Assembly: GCA_030704615.1 (NCBI GenBank)
Contig: CM060731.1
Coordinates: 57,412,001-57,476,000 of the forward strand
Direction: 5' to 3'
Length of the DNA stretch: 64,000 nucleotides
DNA from: Takakia lepidozioides
Lineage: Eukaryota; Plantae; Bryophyta
Under the pieces are notes generated by a model. The model was not told the DNA's origin, made no database searches, and worked only from the letters and a program-made list of their open reading frames with translations. Shown here piece after piece: positions 27,040 through 37,267 of this stretch (position 1 is its first letter; each line of letters opens with the position of its first letter). A program made the position numbers and the translations under genes.

Positions 27040-30000
27040 AAATTTCCTGGCTCATGTAGTATCATGTTTGGCTAATGTTTACAAGGTTCAATCTCTGCCT
27101 ACTCAGCTGCGTGGTGGTTCTCACAGACCAATCCGACATTACCTGTATCCTGGCTATGTGGGGGGCTTTTTTCTTCAAGCTATTTCTGTCTGTTTTTCCC
27201 CATTAGACTCGGCCCTGAGATGCATATTGAATTCTGTAAGTTAGCTCGTTGGGTGGATATGTGGTGGTTTGGAGTGACTTTGACAAATTACTGGGCTCTT
27301 GTTAGTACCATGATTTGCTTATGTTTACAAGGTTCTTTAGAGTCGGCTTGGTCTTAGTAGACCGTGTTTCAATCTCTGTCTGCTCAGCTGCACCGTGGTG
27401 GTTCTCACAGATGGGGAATGCTAGATTGTGAGCCTAGCCACGCGAGCTCAGGAGCCTGTGAGCCCAAGAGCCTAACGTGAGCCCAGAGAAATGGGGGAAG
27501 ATGCAGGGTGTATTTCCGCGGATGAGCACCCATTACCGCATAAACACAGCAAATACGGCTAATCGGCAAACACGGCAAACCCTAATCCTAACCCTTAGCG
27601 AACTGCCATGTTCGTGAAGGAAAACAGGCTGGGAATTAAGCTGACGTCATTACCGCAGAAACACGGCAAATACGGCAAACCGGGGAAACACTACAAATCA
27701 TAACCCCAAACCCTAACCCTAACCCTTAGTGAACTGCCATGTTCGTGGACGGAAACAGGGCTGGGAATTAAGCGGGCGTTAGGCACATGAGAATTCAAAA
27801 AGAAATAAATAATAAATAAGTTTTCTTTTTCTTTTTCTTTTTCTTTTTTTCCGCCCCTCCCCTGACATTTGGGTAGATGATCATCGTGAATTCATGATCA
27901 TGAAGAAATTGAGTGCCTTGACGCACTCAGTTCTCTGTGGGGGGGGGGGTTTGAGGGGTGGAATAAAAATAGAAATAAAAATTGGTCCCTCCCCCCCCCC
28001 CCGGAGAACTGAGTGCGTCAACGCACTCAATTTCTTCATGATCACGATTTCAGGATGATCAATTACGACAGTGTTGTGCAGGTCCGAATTTTCACCCTGG
28101 GTACCCGGCGGGTTTTGGGGATGGGGGAGGAAAAAAAAAAAAAAAAAAAAACCGCGCTAAGAACTGAGTGCGTCAACAACACACTCAATTTTTTCATGAT
28201 CATGATTTCAGGATGATCATTGACGACATCGAGGACAGTATTGTGCGGGTCGGATTTCACCCGGGTACCCCGGCGGTTAGGGTCAGCGTTTCTTTTATTG
28301 GCGATTTTTCGCCATTTGGCAGCCTGAAAATCCCCTTGGCGAATGAAACAAAGGGAAAAAAAAATCCAAATAAGGCAGTTTTCGCCAAAAATTGGGATAC
28401 CAGTCAACGGGAGGGGGGGAGGGGTCATGCTGCCACATGGCGGTGGGGGTGGAGGAATCCGAGTTGCACCCGTTTGGGTGGGTGAGGTCTCCACGGGGGC
28501 AGCACAACCAGGGTGGGCCCCAGCAGGATGATTGATGCGGAGTGGGTTTAGGATTGTGGGGCCTCCACCGTTTCCCAAGGAGATGCTCGTCGCCAGTCTT
28601 GTGAGAACTATATACCTCATTTGTACCAATTAGCCTATGGTTTTCACAAAGAAAGAGTTCCATTCATCCTATGGCTTTCAACTATTTCTATACTTCACCT
28701 TCTATTGCTCATCAACATCCATTTGATTCGCAAAATATGGCAAGGGTGGAAATACATGTAGCCTACCAATTTGAGGAAAATTACCTAGTGTGGGCCACTA
28801 CCCTACACCCAATATATATAGCCACTCCTATCCCTTTTCAAAATCCCTAAAAAAAACCCTGGTTAGGGTCTTGGTTACCTATCCGGATCCGGACCCGTGC
28901 CATCACCAAAAACTCGGACCCTGACCCGGGTTCATTTTAAAACCAGATCCGGACCCGACAGCTTGGTCCAGAACCCGTTAAACCCGCTACTCGCGGGCCA
29001 GAGTTGGTATAGCCATCTTCCCTAGTTCACTAGTTGACTTTCTAGATAGTTCTACTATTGTTGGTGGGTTGAAAAGCAACTCACTAGTGGGTGTGGCTGC
29101 TGTAGGAGTATACTTATAGGAACAGTGACCAGAGAAGGTTGGGGCTTGGTGAGAGTGGGGCCAGGTGGGATCGCGGGTTGGGGCTCGTCTTCAAGGTGGA
29201 GCGCTTTGGGCTGGTGGAGGGTGGGACCAGCTACGTGAAGTGCTTGGGGTGGGAGTACTTGGGGTTGACGAAATAGGGCTGGGAGGATTGGGTCGATCGT
29301 CGTGCTTCTAAATGGGACTCAATATGTCGTGTTTGTCGTATATTGTCGTGTTTGTTGTGTTTGGAAGTTTTGCCGTGTTCACCTCTTCTTCCAAAATATA
29401 CGCTTCCATGGTAATAGGACCCCCTCTAAACCTTGTCCTCAGTTATAGGACTTGTTTCTCCCTCCTCTAAAACCTGGGCTCACACTTAGAGGGCAAAGCG
29501 TGAGCCGAGCTCCTGGGCTCACGTGGCTAGACTCATGCCGTAGCTACATTCCTCACAGACCAATCCGACATTATCTATGGGCTCCTGGCTATGTGGTGAG
29601 GGCTCCCTCTTCTTCAACCTATTTCTGTCTGTTTTTCCCTCTCATCAGACTTGACCGTGAGATGCATATTGAATTCTGTAAGCTGTTAGCTTGTTTGGGT
29701 GGATATGTGGTGGTTTGGATGTGACTATGACAAGTTACTGCCGATGTGCAAACAGAGAGTCAGCTTGGTCTTAGCAGACCGTGTTTCAATCTCTGCCTGC
29801 TCAGCTACACCGTGGTGGTTCTCTCCTGGCTCATGTTCGTACCATGATTTGGCATTCTTCCTGATGTTTACAAGGTTCTTGATGTTGATGAGAGAGTGTG
29901 GGTCCAGATTCATCCAAGAGGGCCAAATTTCAAGCACAAGATGACTTATGATTCGCTGTGCATTAATTGGTACAAGAATCCTGCATGGGTAGATGGTCAA

Positions 30001-30296
30001 CTGGAAGCCGCATTAGCAGTGGCACAATTGATAAAATCAGGCACTGCTAATGAAGGTACCTTCTTCAACACATTTCACCTTGTTTTCCCCTCTTATCGGA
30101 ATCGGCCCTAATTTCCATGTTGAATTATGCAAGTTAGCTGGTTGAGTGAATCTAGTTTGGAGTGACTTTGACATGATACTGCCAATGTGACAACATGAAA
30201 GTATCTAGAAACAGGTAGCAGAAGTTGTGGAATGGATACTTTTCTGACCCCAGTCAATGGTGGGACAACCGAGGCAAAAAAAATGAATGCCTGTCA
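27040..30296 (+). repeat. Third, rearranged copy of the PPR-upstream repeat arm (interrupted by 27412-29551)
   Basis: Matches 9640-10000 and 23342-23750, e.g. CTCACAGACCAATCCGACAT and the WVQIHPRGP segment. Confidence 0.8.
27412..29551. mobile_element. Non-autonomous DNA element, same family, 8-bp TSD
   Basis: CTCACAGA at 27404-27411 and 29552-29559; the uninterrupted site GTTCTCACAGACCAATCC is visible in paralogous arms. Confidence 0.7.
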
Positions 30297-30462
30297 AATT
30301 ACCAGATGCCATTCTGAACACTGGCCTGGTGGACATGTATGCCAAATGTGGGTGCATCGAGGATGCCAAGGGAGTGTTCAACACTGTGGCTAAACGATGT
30401 GGTGTCGGGTAGTGCGATGCATGCATGGTATGCACAGCAGGGACGTGGGATGAAGCCTGACC
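30297..30462 (+). pseudogene. Relic PPR S-P motif fragment, opposite orientation to the two PPR genes
   Basis: Translates LPDAILNTGLVDMYAKCGCIEDAKGVFNTVAKR...YAQQGRGMKPD. Confidence 0.85.
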
Positions 30463-31458
30463 CTGTAATGTTTTGACCCACAAAATATTTGCAAAATGAT
30501 CCTAACCATTCTTGATGCTTGAAAGCTACCTCTAGATCAGAGAGAAAAAGAAGAAGAAAGGAAAAGAGAAACCGAGTACATAACTAAACCAAATGCTGGG
30601 TCTTCCATGTGGGAGTATTTGCTAGATTTCTCACGAGTGGCCTGCATGAATAGCTCTCAAGTGGCTCAATCCTGACTACCACATCTTGAAAAAAATTAAT
30701 AGGAATAGACGTGGTAATTTGCACATCCAATGAAGTTTGGTCAACAATCCGGATTTGTATTTGTACCGAGGCTTAGAATATTTTGAGATATTTTCTGAGA
30801 TTACTACACTCAAGGAAAAGCATTTTAGGGTTATAATAAGCACCTTATATGTCACACATGTATATTGCAAGCATCCTACCTTATCAGCCTGTCCCCGATT
30901 CATGGGGATAAACCTTAGGAGGTGGAATAGTAGCAGAATTGTGTTGAGAGTGTGTGGTTGAAGAGAAAAGAACATAGCCTCTGAAACAACAGATGGTAAG
31001 CCTGTCATCTTATTTGCATGTTACAAAGTGCTCATTGGTAGCCGGTGGTTGGCACGACTTACCTTGATAAATACAATTAGTTCGGGTTTTCCAGATATCA
31101 TGTAGTAAGCCATGCGAACCAAATGCAACTTTTTATGCAACTTTGTTTTAAAAAAGGAAAAAGGGAGGAAGCCCTTTAGAGCTTTATTGGGATTATAGAA
31201 GGGGAAAAAATATAATATACCTTTTAATAAAACTTAAACATTCACAATCCAAAATGGCATCATGTATCATAACACAATGCAGTCCATCTTTTCATAAGAC
31301 TTGAATAGATCCCATCAACAAATTAACAATACATCATGTGGCGTGGGGATGACCCACCCCTTTTTGTACCAATTGAACGTAGTTCTCAAAATTCGTCGCT
31401 AGTAGTGTGGAGCAACGCGAAGCCCTAGTCCCCTTATACAACGATTATTTCTGCACTT

Positions 31459-31615
31459 GAGCAGCTAGCCCAGTGGTTGGGTGTTTGTGCCTTGCCAGTG
31501 CATAACCCGGGTGATTCTGGGTTCAATCCTTCGACACGTGCCTTCAGACCGTCCATTGGGCCCTTGATGGCATGTGTGTTGAGCAGTAGGCTCTGTAAAT
31601 TCACTGGACGTTAAA
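31459..31615 (+). mobile_element. Probable tRNA-derived SINE
   Basis: Pol III A box TAGCCCAGTGG (31466) and B box GGTTCAATCC (31520) at tRNA-like spacing; no clear cloverleaf. Confidence 0.55.
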
Positions 31616-31938
31616 GTAATTTTATCTTTATCTTTCTTCAAATCCTTGTATAACTTACTATACAAGTAGTTGTGTGCATATTTAGTGACACTATCTTCTA
31701 AAATTCAAATCCCAAAGATGACAGCATAAAACACCATGAGATAGACAGATAATTTTGCACAAAACATTCAGTAGCATAGGTCAAGCAATACAAACATCAA
31801 CGTTCACAAGTCCATAATACATATACATGTACGGTTCCTGATTAATAACTGCTTCGCTAAAACGATCAACATATGCGGTATTGAGATCTAGGGGCTCTTC
31901 TATACATGATTCTTCATCAAAATACCGTGGACCCCGCT

Positions 31939-32928
31939 TCACGTCGTCATGAAAATATTATCCTTCACTATTTCCATGGTGGTTTCTTTTGGCATCAACA
32001 TTGTCCGCCATAAAGCTTCACACCTGCCCAGCTTCATACCCTTCTGCAAAAACGTACCCGATGCATAAAATTTTGTCGATTTTAGCATCGCTAATGGGCA
32101 GCCTAAGAATGTACCTGCTAGTTGCTTCCCAGACCGTTGGTGAAAATGATAGATGAAGGCTCTTTCGAAAATATTTGATGGCGTAAAACACACACGGTTT
32201 TTGAGCTTTGGACTACCATATAGTGCGAACATTTCTTTCCCCTCTTCAATATCATGCGCCGTGACATTATGACTTAAAAACTTGAAGTGCGGTTGTACGT
32301 AATATTTTAAACAGTATCCTGACATCTGCAGATTCATACCCTTCTGCAAAAACATACCCGATGCATAAAATTTTGTCGATTTTAGCATCGCTAACAGGCA
32401 GCCTGAGAATGTACTCGTTAATTGCTTCCCAGATCGTTGGTAAAAATGATAGATGAAGGCTATCTTTCCCCTCTTCCATATCATGCGCCGTGACATTATG
32501 ACTTAAAAACTTGAAATGCGGTTGTCCGTAATCTTTTAAACAGTATCCTAACATCCCTTTCCATGTGTATAACCGAACTTGTCGCAATTTTTTACACATA
32601 ACAGTATGTCCTAACAGTGAACATAGGTCCCATCCTAAATATGTTTTTCAAATAGTACTTGTAGTTCATATTCTGATTGCCATCTGAAAATGTAAATGGG
32701 ACATCATAACACCACGTTACTCAGCAAGACAACTTGATGTTATAAAATTCTTTAACGACTCAGGTGCACCTGGGTCCTGGACATCGCATCCTCCGACGCC
32801 AACTGTACATGACATCTCAAAAGTTTTGATCCAACTCTGTCCTTTGTCGTCGTGAGTTTCCTAGGTCGGCCCCTCTCTTTGTTCCCACACACTTCCGCTG
32901 CAACGCCGGTGCTTTTCATTGCCTCCAT
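31939..32928 (-). pseudogene. Replitron HUH-endonuclease transposase relic with an internal ~300-bp duplication
   Basis: Manual translation: RGRPRK, KTF.MSCTVGVGGCDV, RGVMMSHLHFQM (HUH), KTYLGWD, MCKKLRQVRLYTWKGMLGYCLKD (YxxK), HNVT, LKNRVCFTPSNIFERA. Confidence 0.75.
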
Positions 32929-34330
32929 GCTGGCCCCTCCTATTCGCCTCTTCGCCTCTGGTACTCTCCACTACGCTCCTCTTCCGTTAGTTAGTTCTGG
33001 CGCGACTACCGAAACACTTCCCGGGCTCCCTCTAGAACGTTCTCTATTCTACAGCGTTCTCCCCCACATCCAATAGCCACGTGGGGCCCATGCCACTTAC
33101 CACCTGCTTCATAAGTTTCATACAAACTCGCACATGTCAACTCCCTTTTAGTCGATTTTATTTTTCATGTGGCTAGGTTACATATATCCCCCTTTTTAAT
33201 TCCTGGACCATCCTCTAATGGATAGGGCCTATTCCTATATGCTTACTTTATCCCAAAACTTCATGCGAGGAAACGAAAATCCCAACCCTTTGCGCAACAA
33301 TTGAGCATCGCACCACAGCCGCTACAAATCCTTCTGATGACTGTGCCGTCCCAGCCAAAGGAGGAGCAGTAAGTATATCTTCCTCTCATTATTCACATAA
33401 ATTATCCCTTAGTTGGGTGTAATTTTTTTGATATTAATTGAACAAACATAGAACCAAAGCTTCGTTTTTTGGGATGTTGGACGGTTCCTGGAAGCAAGAG
33501 AAAAAGACCTCACTTTTCTTGAAGGGGACTTCAGGAGAGTTTTTTGGCTTGTTTGAGATTGGCAGCTAAATTAGTTACTGAGAACAATGGGAGTCACACC
33601 AACGATAGAGACCTGCGTCGGTGGACACTGGCAGTTATTGTTGCATGAAACTATGCATAGTTGTTTCATACATGCTCCCAAATCTGGTCTCCAACTGTAG
33701 CAATTGTGTTCTGAAGTGGGTGCCCTCTGTCCCCCAACCTTGAACTCCAACATGCACAAACTGATGTTATAGTGTGAGGGAGTCAAGCGGCATCAATCAA
33801 TAACAACACACCCAAATACCCTTACAATCACTAGAACTTTCAAGCAGCCACCATGGGATTGGATCTTGGTGGGTTCAGGATAGCTTTTGACAATATTCAT
33901 GCAATTTCGTCAAGGGCTCCATCCAAAGCCACACCACAAGAAACAAACAAACATGTGCAAATTTAAGATGCTGAACAAACTTGTGCACAGGGCTGCCCCC
34001 TCTAATCAAGCTCATCAAAATTCGTATTCACTTCCATCTTCAAGCTTTGGAGAAGCTCCACCACCCAAACCCAGAATTAGGACAGCACTCTGATTTCCAT
34101 CCACTGTCACCAAAGTCAGTCCAATATCACCCCTTCAGTCAAGTGCAATTATGGGCCGACTTCCCACCTATGCCGGGTAGACCCCACTATCATGTCCCGT
34201 GGATATGCCACAGGAAATGCACTCAACAGTACATCATGGTCGATACTGTCAGGAAATGGTGGATGATCTGAGTAGCTACACAGATCACTGAATGAAGCAA
34301 GACACTCCATCTTTCCAAGAAAACATCCTT

Positions 34331-37267
34331 TCACCAGTAGTCCCCACAAGAACAAATCCCATCTTCAAAGTGGTGAAAGCGGTTAGCGTCCCGTACAACA
34401 ATTGCTCGGCCAACAATCTTTGAGATGAATTTGGTGGAGGTGTGGCAGTCACCACACACTCGAAGATTCTTGATGAGACGGAGAGGCGTCCTAGGGGTCG
34501 TGCTGATCAGTCCAAAACCAATGGCCAGCTTCTCACTGTGGTGGCAAAGAGAAATTTCCTTTTCCTCCTCCCCCACATCGTGCAATACAAAGCGCGTGTC
34601 AGGCACATACCCCGACTCCTTCATCTGCCCAGACAATCTTCTCAGCTCAGCATGGATTTCCTTAATTCTGGGATGCAACTTGTCATCTACAACGAAGGTG
34701 TGCACCCTGTTGGCAACCTCAATGAAACAGCGACCTGGCACCTTTCTAACCCCTTTGACCTTCATCATTTTTCTCACCTTTGCAGTATCATCCCACCTGC
34801 CAGCTGCAGCATAGATGTTTGAGAGCAACACATAAGTCGCGGCATCCTGTTCATCCCACGTGAGGATAGATGTTGCTGCACGTTCAGCCATCTCCACATT
34901 GCCATGGATTCTGCAGGCACCAAGCAAGGCCTTCCACACCACAGCATCTGGATTGATGGGCATTTTATTAATCAGGTCCACTGCCTCATCCAGTTGTCCT
35001 GCACGTCCAAGAAGGTCCACCATGCAGCCGAAGTGCTTTACTGTCAGAGTGACACCATGATCTTGACTCAGGGAATCAAAGTAGCGTCTTCCTTCATTCA
35101 GTAGGCCAGCGTGGCTGCATGCAGAGAGAACACATATAAAGGTGATACTGTCGGGCTTCAAGCCGTTCTTTTGCATTCCTTCAAATAGTTGCACGACCTC
35201 CCTATGACAACCATGCTGTGCATATCCTGCGATCATCGCACTCCACGACACCACATCTCGTTCAGCCATATTGTCGAACACTCCCTTTGCATCCTCGATG
35301 CACCCACATTTGGCATACATGTCCACCAGGGCAGTGTTCAGGATCACATCTGGTACAATTCCAGCTCTGACGATGTCGCCATGCACCTCTTTGCCCTTTT
35401 CCAGGGCTGCCAGGCCTGCACACGCACTGCAAACGCACACAAAGGTGATGTGGTCGGGCTTCACCCCTTCCCCCATCATTTGCTCATACGTCTCCAAAGC
35501 CTCCACCCCCTGCCCGTGCTTTGCATACCCTGCGATCATCGCATTCCACGACACCACATTTCGTTCAGCCATATTGTCGAACACTCCCTTTGCATCCTCG
35601 ATGCTCCCACATTTGGCATACATGTCCATGAGGGTATTGTTCAGAATCACATCTGGTACAATTCCAGCTCTGACGATGTCGCCATGCACCTCTTTGCCCT
35701 TTTCCAGGGCTGCCAGGCTTGCACACGCACTGCAAACGCACACAAACGTGATGTGGTCGGGCTTCACCCCTTCCCCCATCATTTGCTCATACGTCTCCAA
35801 AGCCTCCATCCCGCGCCCCCGCTGTGCATATCCTGCAAGCATCGCACTCCACGACACCACATTTCGTTCAGCCATATTGTCGAACACTCCCTTTGCATCC
35901 TCGATGCTCCCACATTTGGCATACATGTCCACGAGGGTATTGTTCAGGATCACATCTGGTACAATTCCAGCTCTGACGATGTCGCCATGCACCTCTTTGC
36001 CCTTTTCCAGGGCTGCCAGGCTTGCACACGCACTGCATACACACACAAACGTGATGTGGTCGGGCTTCACCCCTTCGCACATCATTTGCTCATACATCTC
36101 CAAAGCCTCCATCCCGCGCCCCCTCTGTGCATACCCTGCAATCATCGCACTCCACGACACCACATTTCGTTCAGCCATATTGTCGAACACTCCCTTTGCA
36201 TCCTCGATGCTCCCACATTTGGCATACATGTTTACGAGGGTATTGTTCAGGATCACATTTGGTACAATTCCAGCTCTGACGATGTCGCCATGCACCTCTT
36301 TGCCCTTTTCCAGGGCTGCCAGGCTTGCACACGCACTGCAAACGCACACAAACGTGATGTGGTCGGGCTTCACCCCTTCCCCCATCATTTGCTCATACGT
36401 CTCCAAAGCCTCCATCCCGCGCCCCTGCTGTGCATACCCTGCAAGCATCGTGTTCCACGACACCACATTTCGTTCAGCCATATTGTGGAACACTTCCTTT
36501 GCATCCTCGATGCTCCCACATTTGGCATACATGTCCACCAGGGCAGTGTTCAGGATGACATTTGGTACAATTCCAGCTCTGACGATGTCGCCATGCACCT
36601 CTTTGCCCTTTTCCAGGGCTGCCAAGCTTGCACACGCACTGCAAACGCACACAAACGTGATGTGGTCGGGCTTCACCCCTTCCTCCATCATTTGCTCATA
36701 GGTCTCCAAAGCATTCCTACCACACCCATGCTTGGTAAATCCTGCCAACATTATATTCCACGTGATCAAAGATCGTTGAGGCATTCTGTTGAACACTTGG
36801 TGAGCATCCATGATGCTCCCGCACTTAACATACATGTTGACAAGGGTGTTGAGGAGAAAAACATTTGGCGTGAATCCACTTTGGATAATGTGAGTGTGCA
36901 CCTGCTTTCCAGCTTCCAGGCCTTTCACCTTGATGCACTTATGCAAGAGACAGACATACGTTTCTGAATCTGCTGAAATGCCTCCTTGGTTTAAAGTCTG
37001 TAGAGCCTCTTTCAGTCTGCCTGCCTCACAAAGCATCTTCACATGCCCAGAAGTGCCAGCAGAGGCATTGTGGACTCCCTCTCTTGATCCTCTTCCAGAA
37101 GCTGTGTTCATGGTTGAGGTGCCTGATTTTATCAACTGTGCCGCTGCAGCTGCTGCCTTTAGTTGACCATCTACCCATGCAGGTTTCTTGTAGCTATTGA
37201 TCCACAAGGAATCATAGGTAATCTTGTGCTTGAAATCTGGCCCTCTTTGATGAATCTGTACCCACAC
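34331..37267 (-). CDS. PLS-class PPR-E1-E2-DYW protein (putative organellar C-to-U editing factor), intact
   Basis: 978-codon ORF (GTG start in the track; first ATG at 37111). L-S-P triplets, P2-L2-S2, E domains, PG box, HSEKLA, CGDCH and terminal DYW. Confidence 0.95.
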   Translation of the reverse strand: MWVQIHQRGPDFKHKITYDSLWINSYKKPAWVDGQLKAAAAAAQLIKSGTSTMNTASGRGSREGVHNASAGTSGHVKMLCEAGRLKEALQTLNQGGISADSETYVCLLHKCIKVKGLEAGKQVHTHIIQSGFTPNVFLLNTLVNMYVKCGSIMDAHQVFNRMPQRSLITWNIMLAGFTKHGCGRNALETYEQMMEEGVKPDHITFVCVCSACASLAALEKGKEVHGDIVRAGIVPNVILNTALVDMYAKCGSIEDAKEVFHNMAERNVVSWNTMLAGYAQQGRGMEALETYEQMMGEGVKPDHITFVCVCSACASLAALEKGKEVHGDIVRAGIVPNVILNNTLVNMYAKCGSIEDAKGVFDNMAERNVVSWSAMIAGYAQRGRGMEALEMYEQMMCEGVKPDHITFVCVCSACASLAALEKGKEVHGDIVRAGIVPDVILNNTLVDMYAKCGSIEDAKGVFDNMAERNVVSWSAMLAGYAQRGRGMEALETYEQMMGEGVKPDHITFVCVCSACASLAALEKGKEVHGDIVRAGIVPDVILNNTLMDMYAKCGSIEDAKGVFDNMAERNVVSWNAMIAGYAKHGQGVEALETYEQMMGEGVKPDHITFVCVCSACAGLAALEKGKEVHGDIVRAGIVPDVILNTALVDMYAKCGCIEDAKGVFDNMAERDVVSWSAMIAGYAQHGCHREVVQLFEGMQKNGLKPDSITFICVLSACSHAGLLNEGRRYFDSLSQDHGVTLTVKHFGCMVDLLGRAGQLDEAVDLINKMPINPDAVVWKALLGACRIHGNVEMAERAATSILTWDEQDAATYVLLSNIYAAAGRWDDTAKVRKMMKVKGVRKVPGRCFIEVANRVHTFVVDDKLHPRIKEIHAELRRLSGQMKESGYVPDTRFVLHDVGEEEKEISLCHHSEKLAIGFGLISTTPRTPLRLIKNLRVCGDCHTSTKFISKIVGRAIVVRDANRFHHFEDGICSCGDYW
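35205..36700 (-). repeat. Five near-identical 303-bp PLS tandem units within the PPR CDS
   Basis: The 101-aa unit VCVCSACASLAALEKGKEVHGDIVRAGIVP...GVKPDHITF is repeated with few nucleotide differences. Confidence 0.95.

Noticed and set aside
31459-31540. tRNA gene
   Set aside because: A and B boxes are present but there is no convincing acceptor stem or cloverleaf; better explained as a SINE.
35189-36967. Long plus-strand ORFs (592 and 476 aa) and equivalents at 5905-7569
   Set aside because: Antisense shadows of the repeated PPR units; a stop-free unit repeated five times explains the length.
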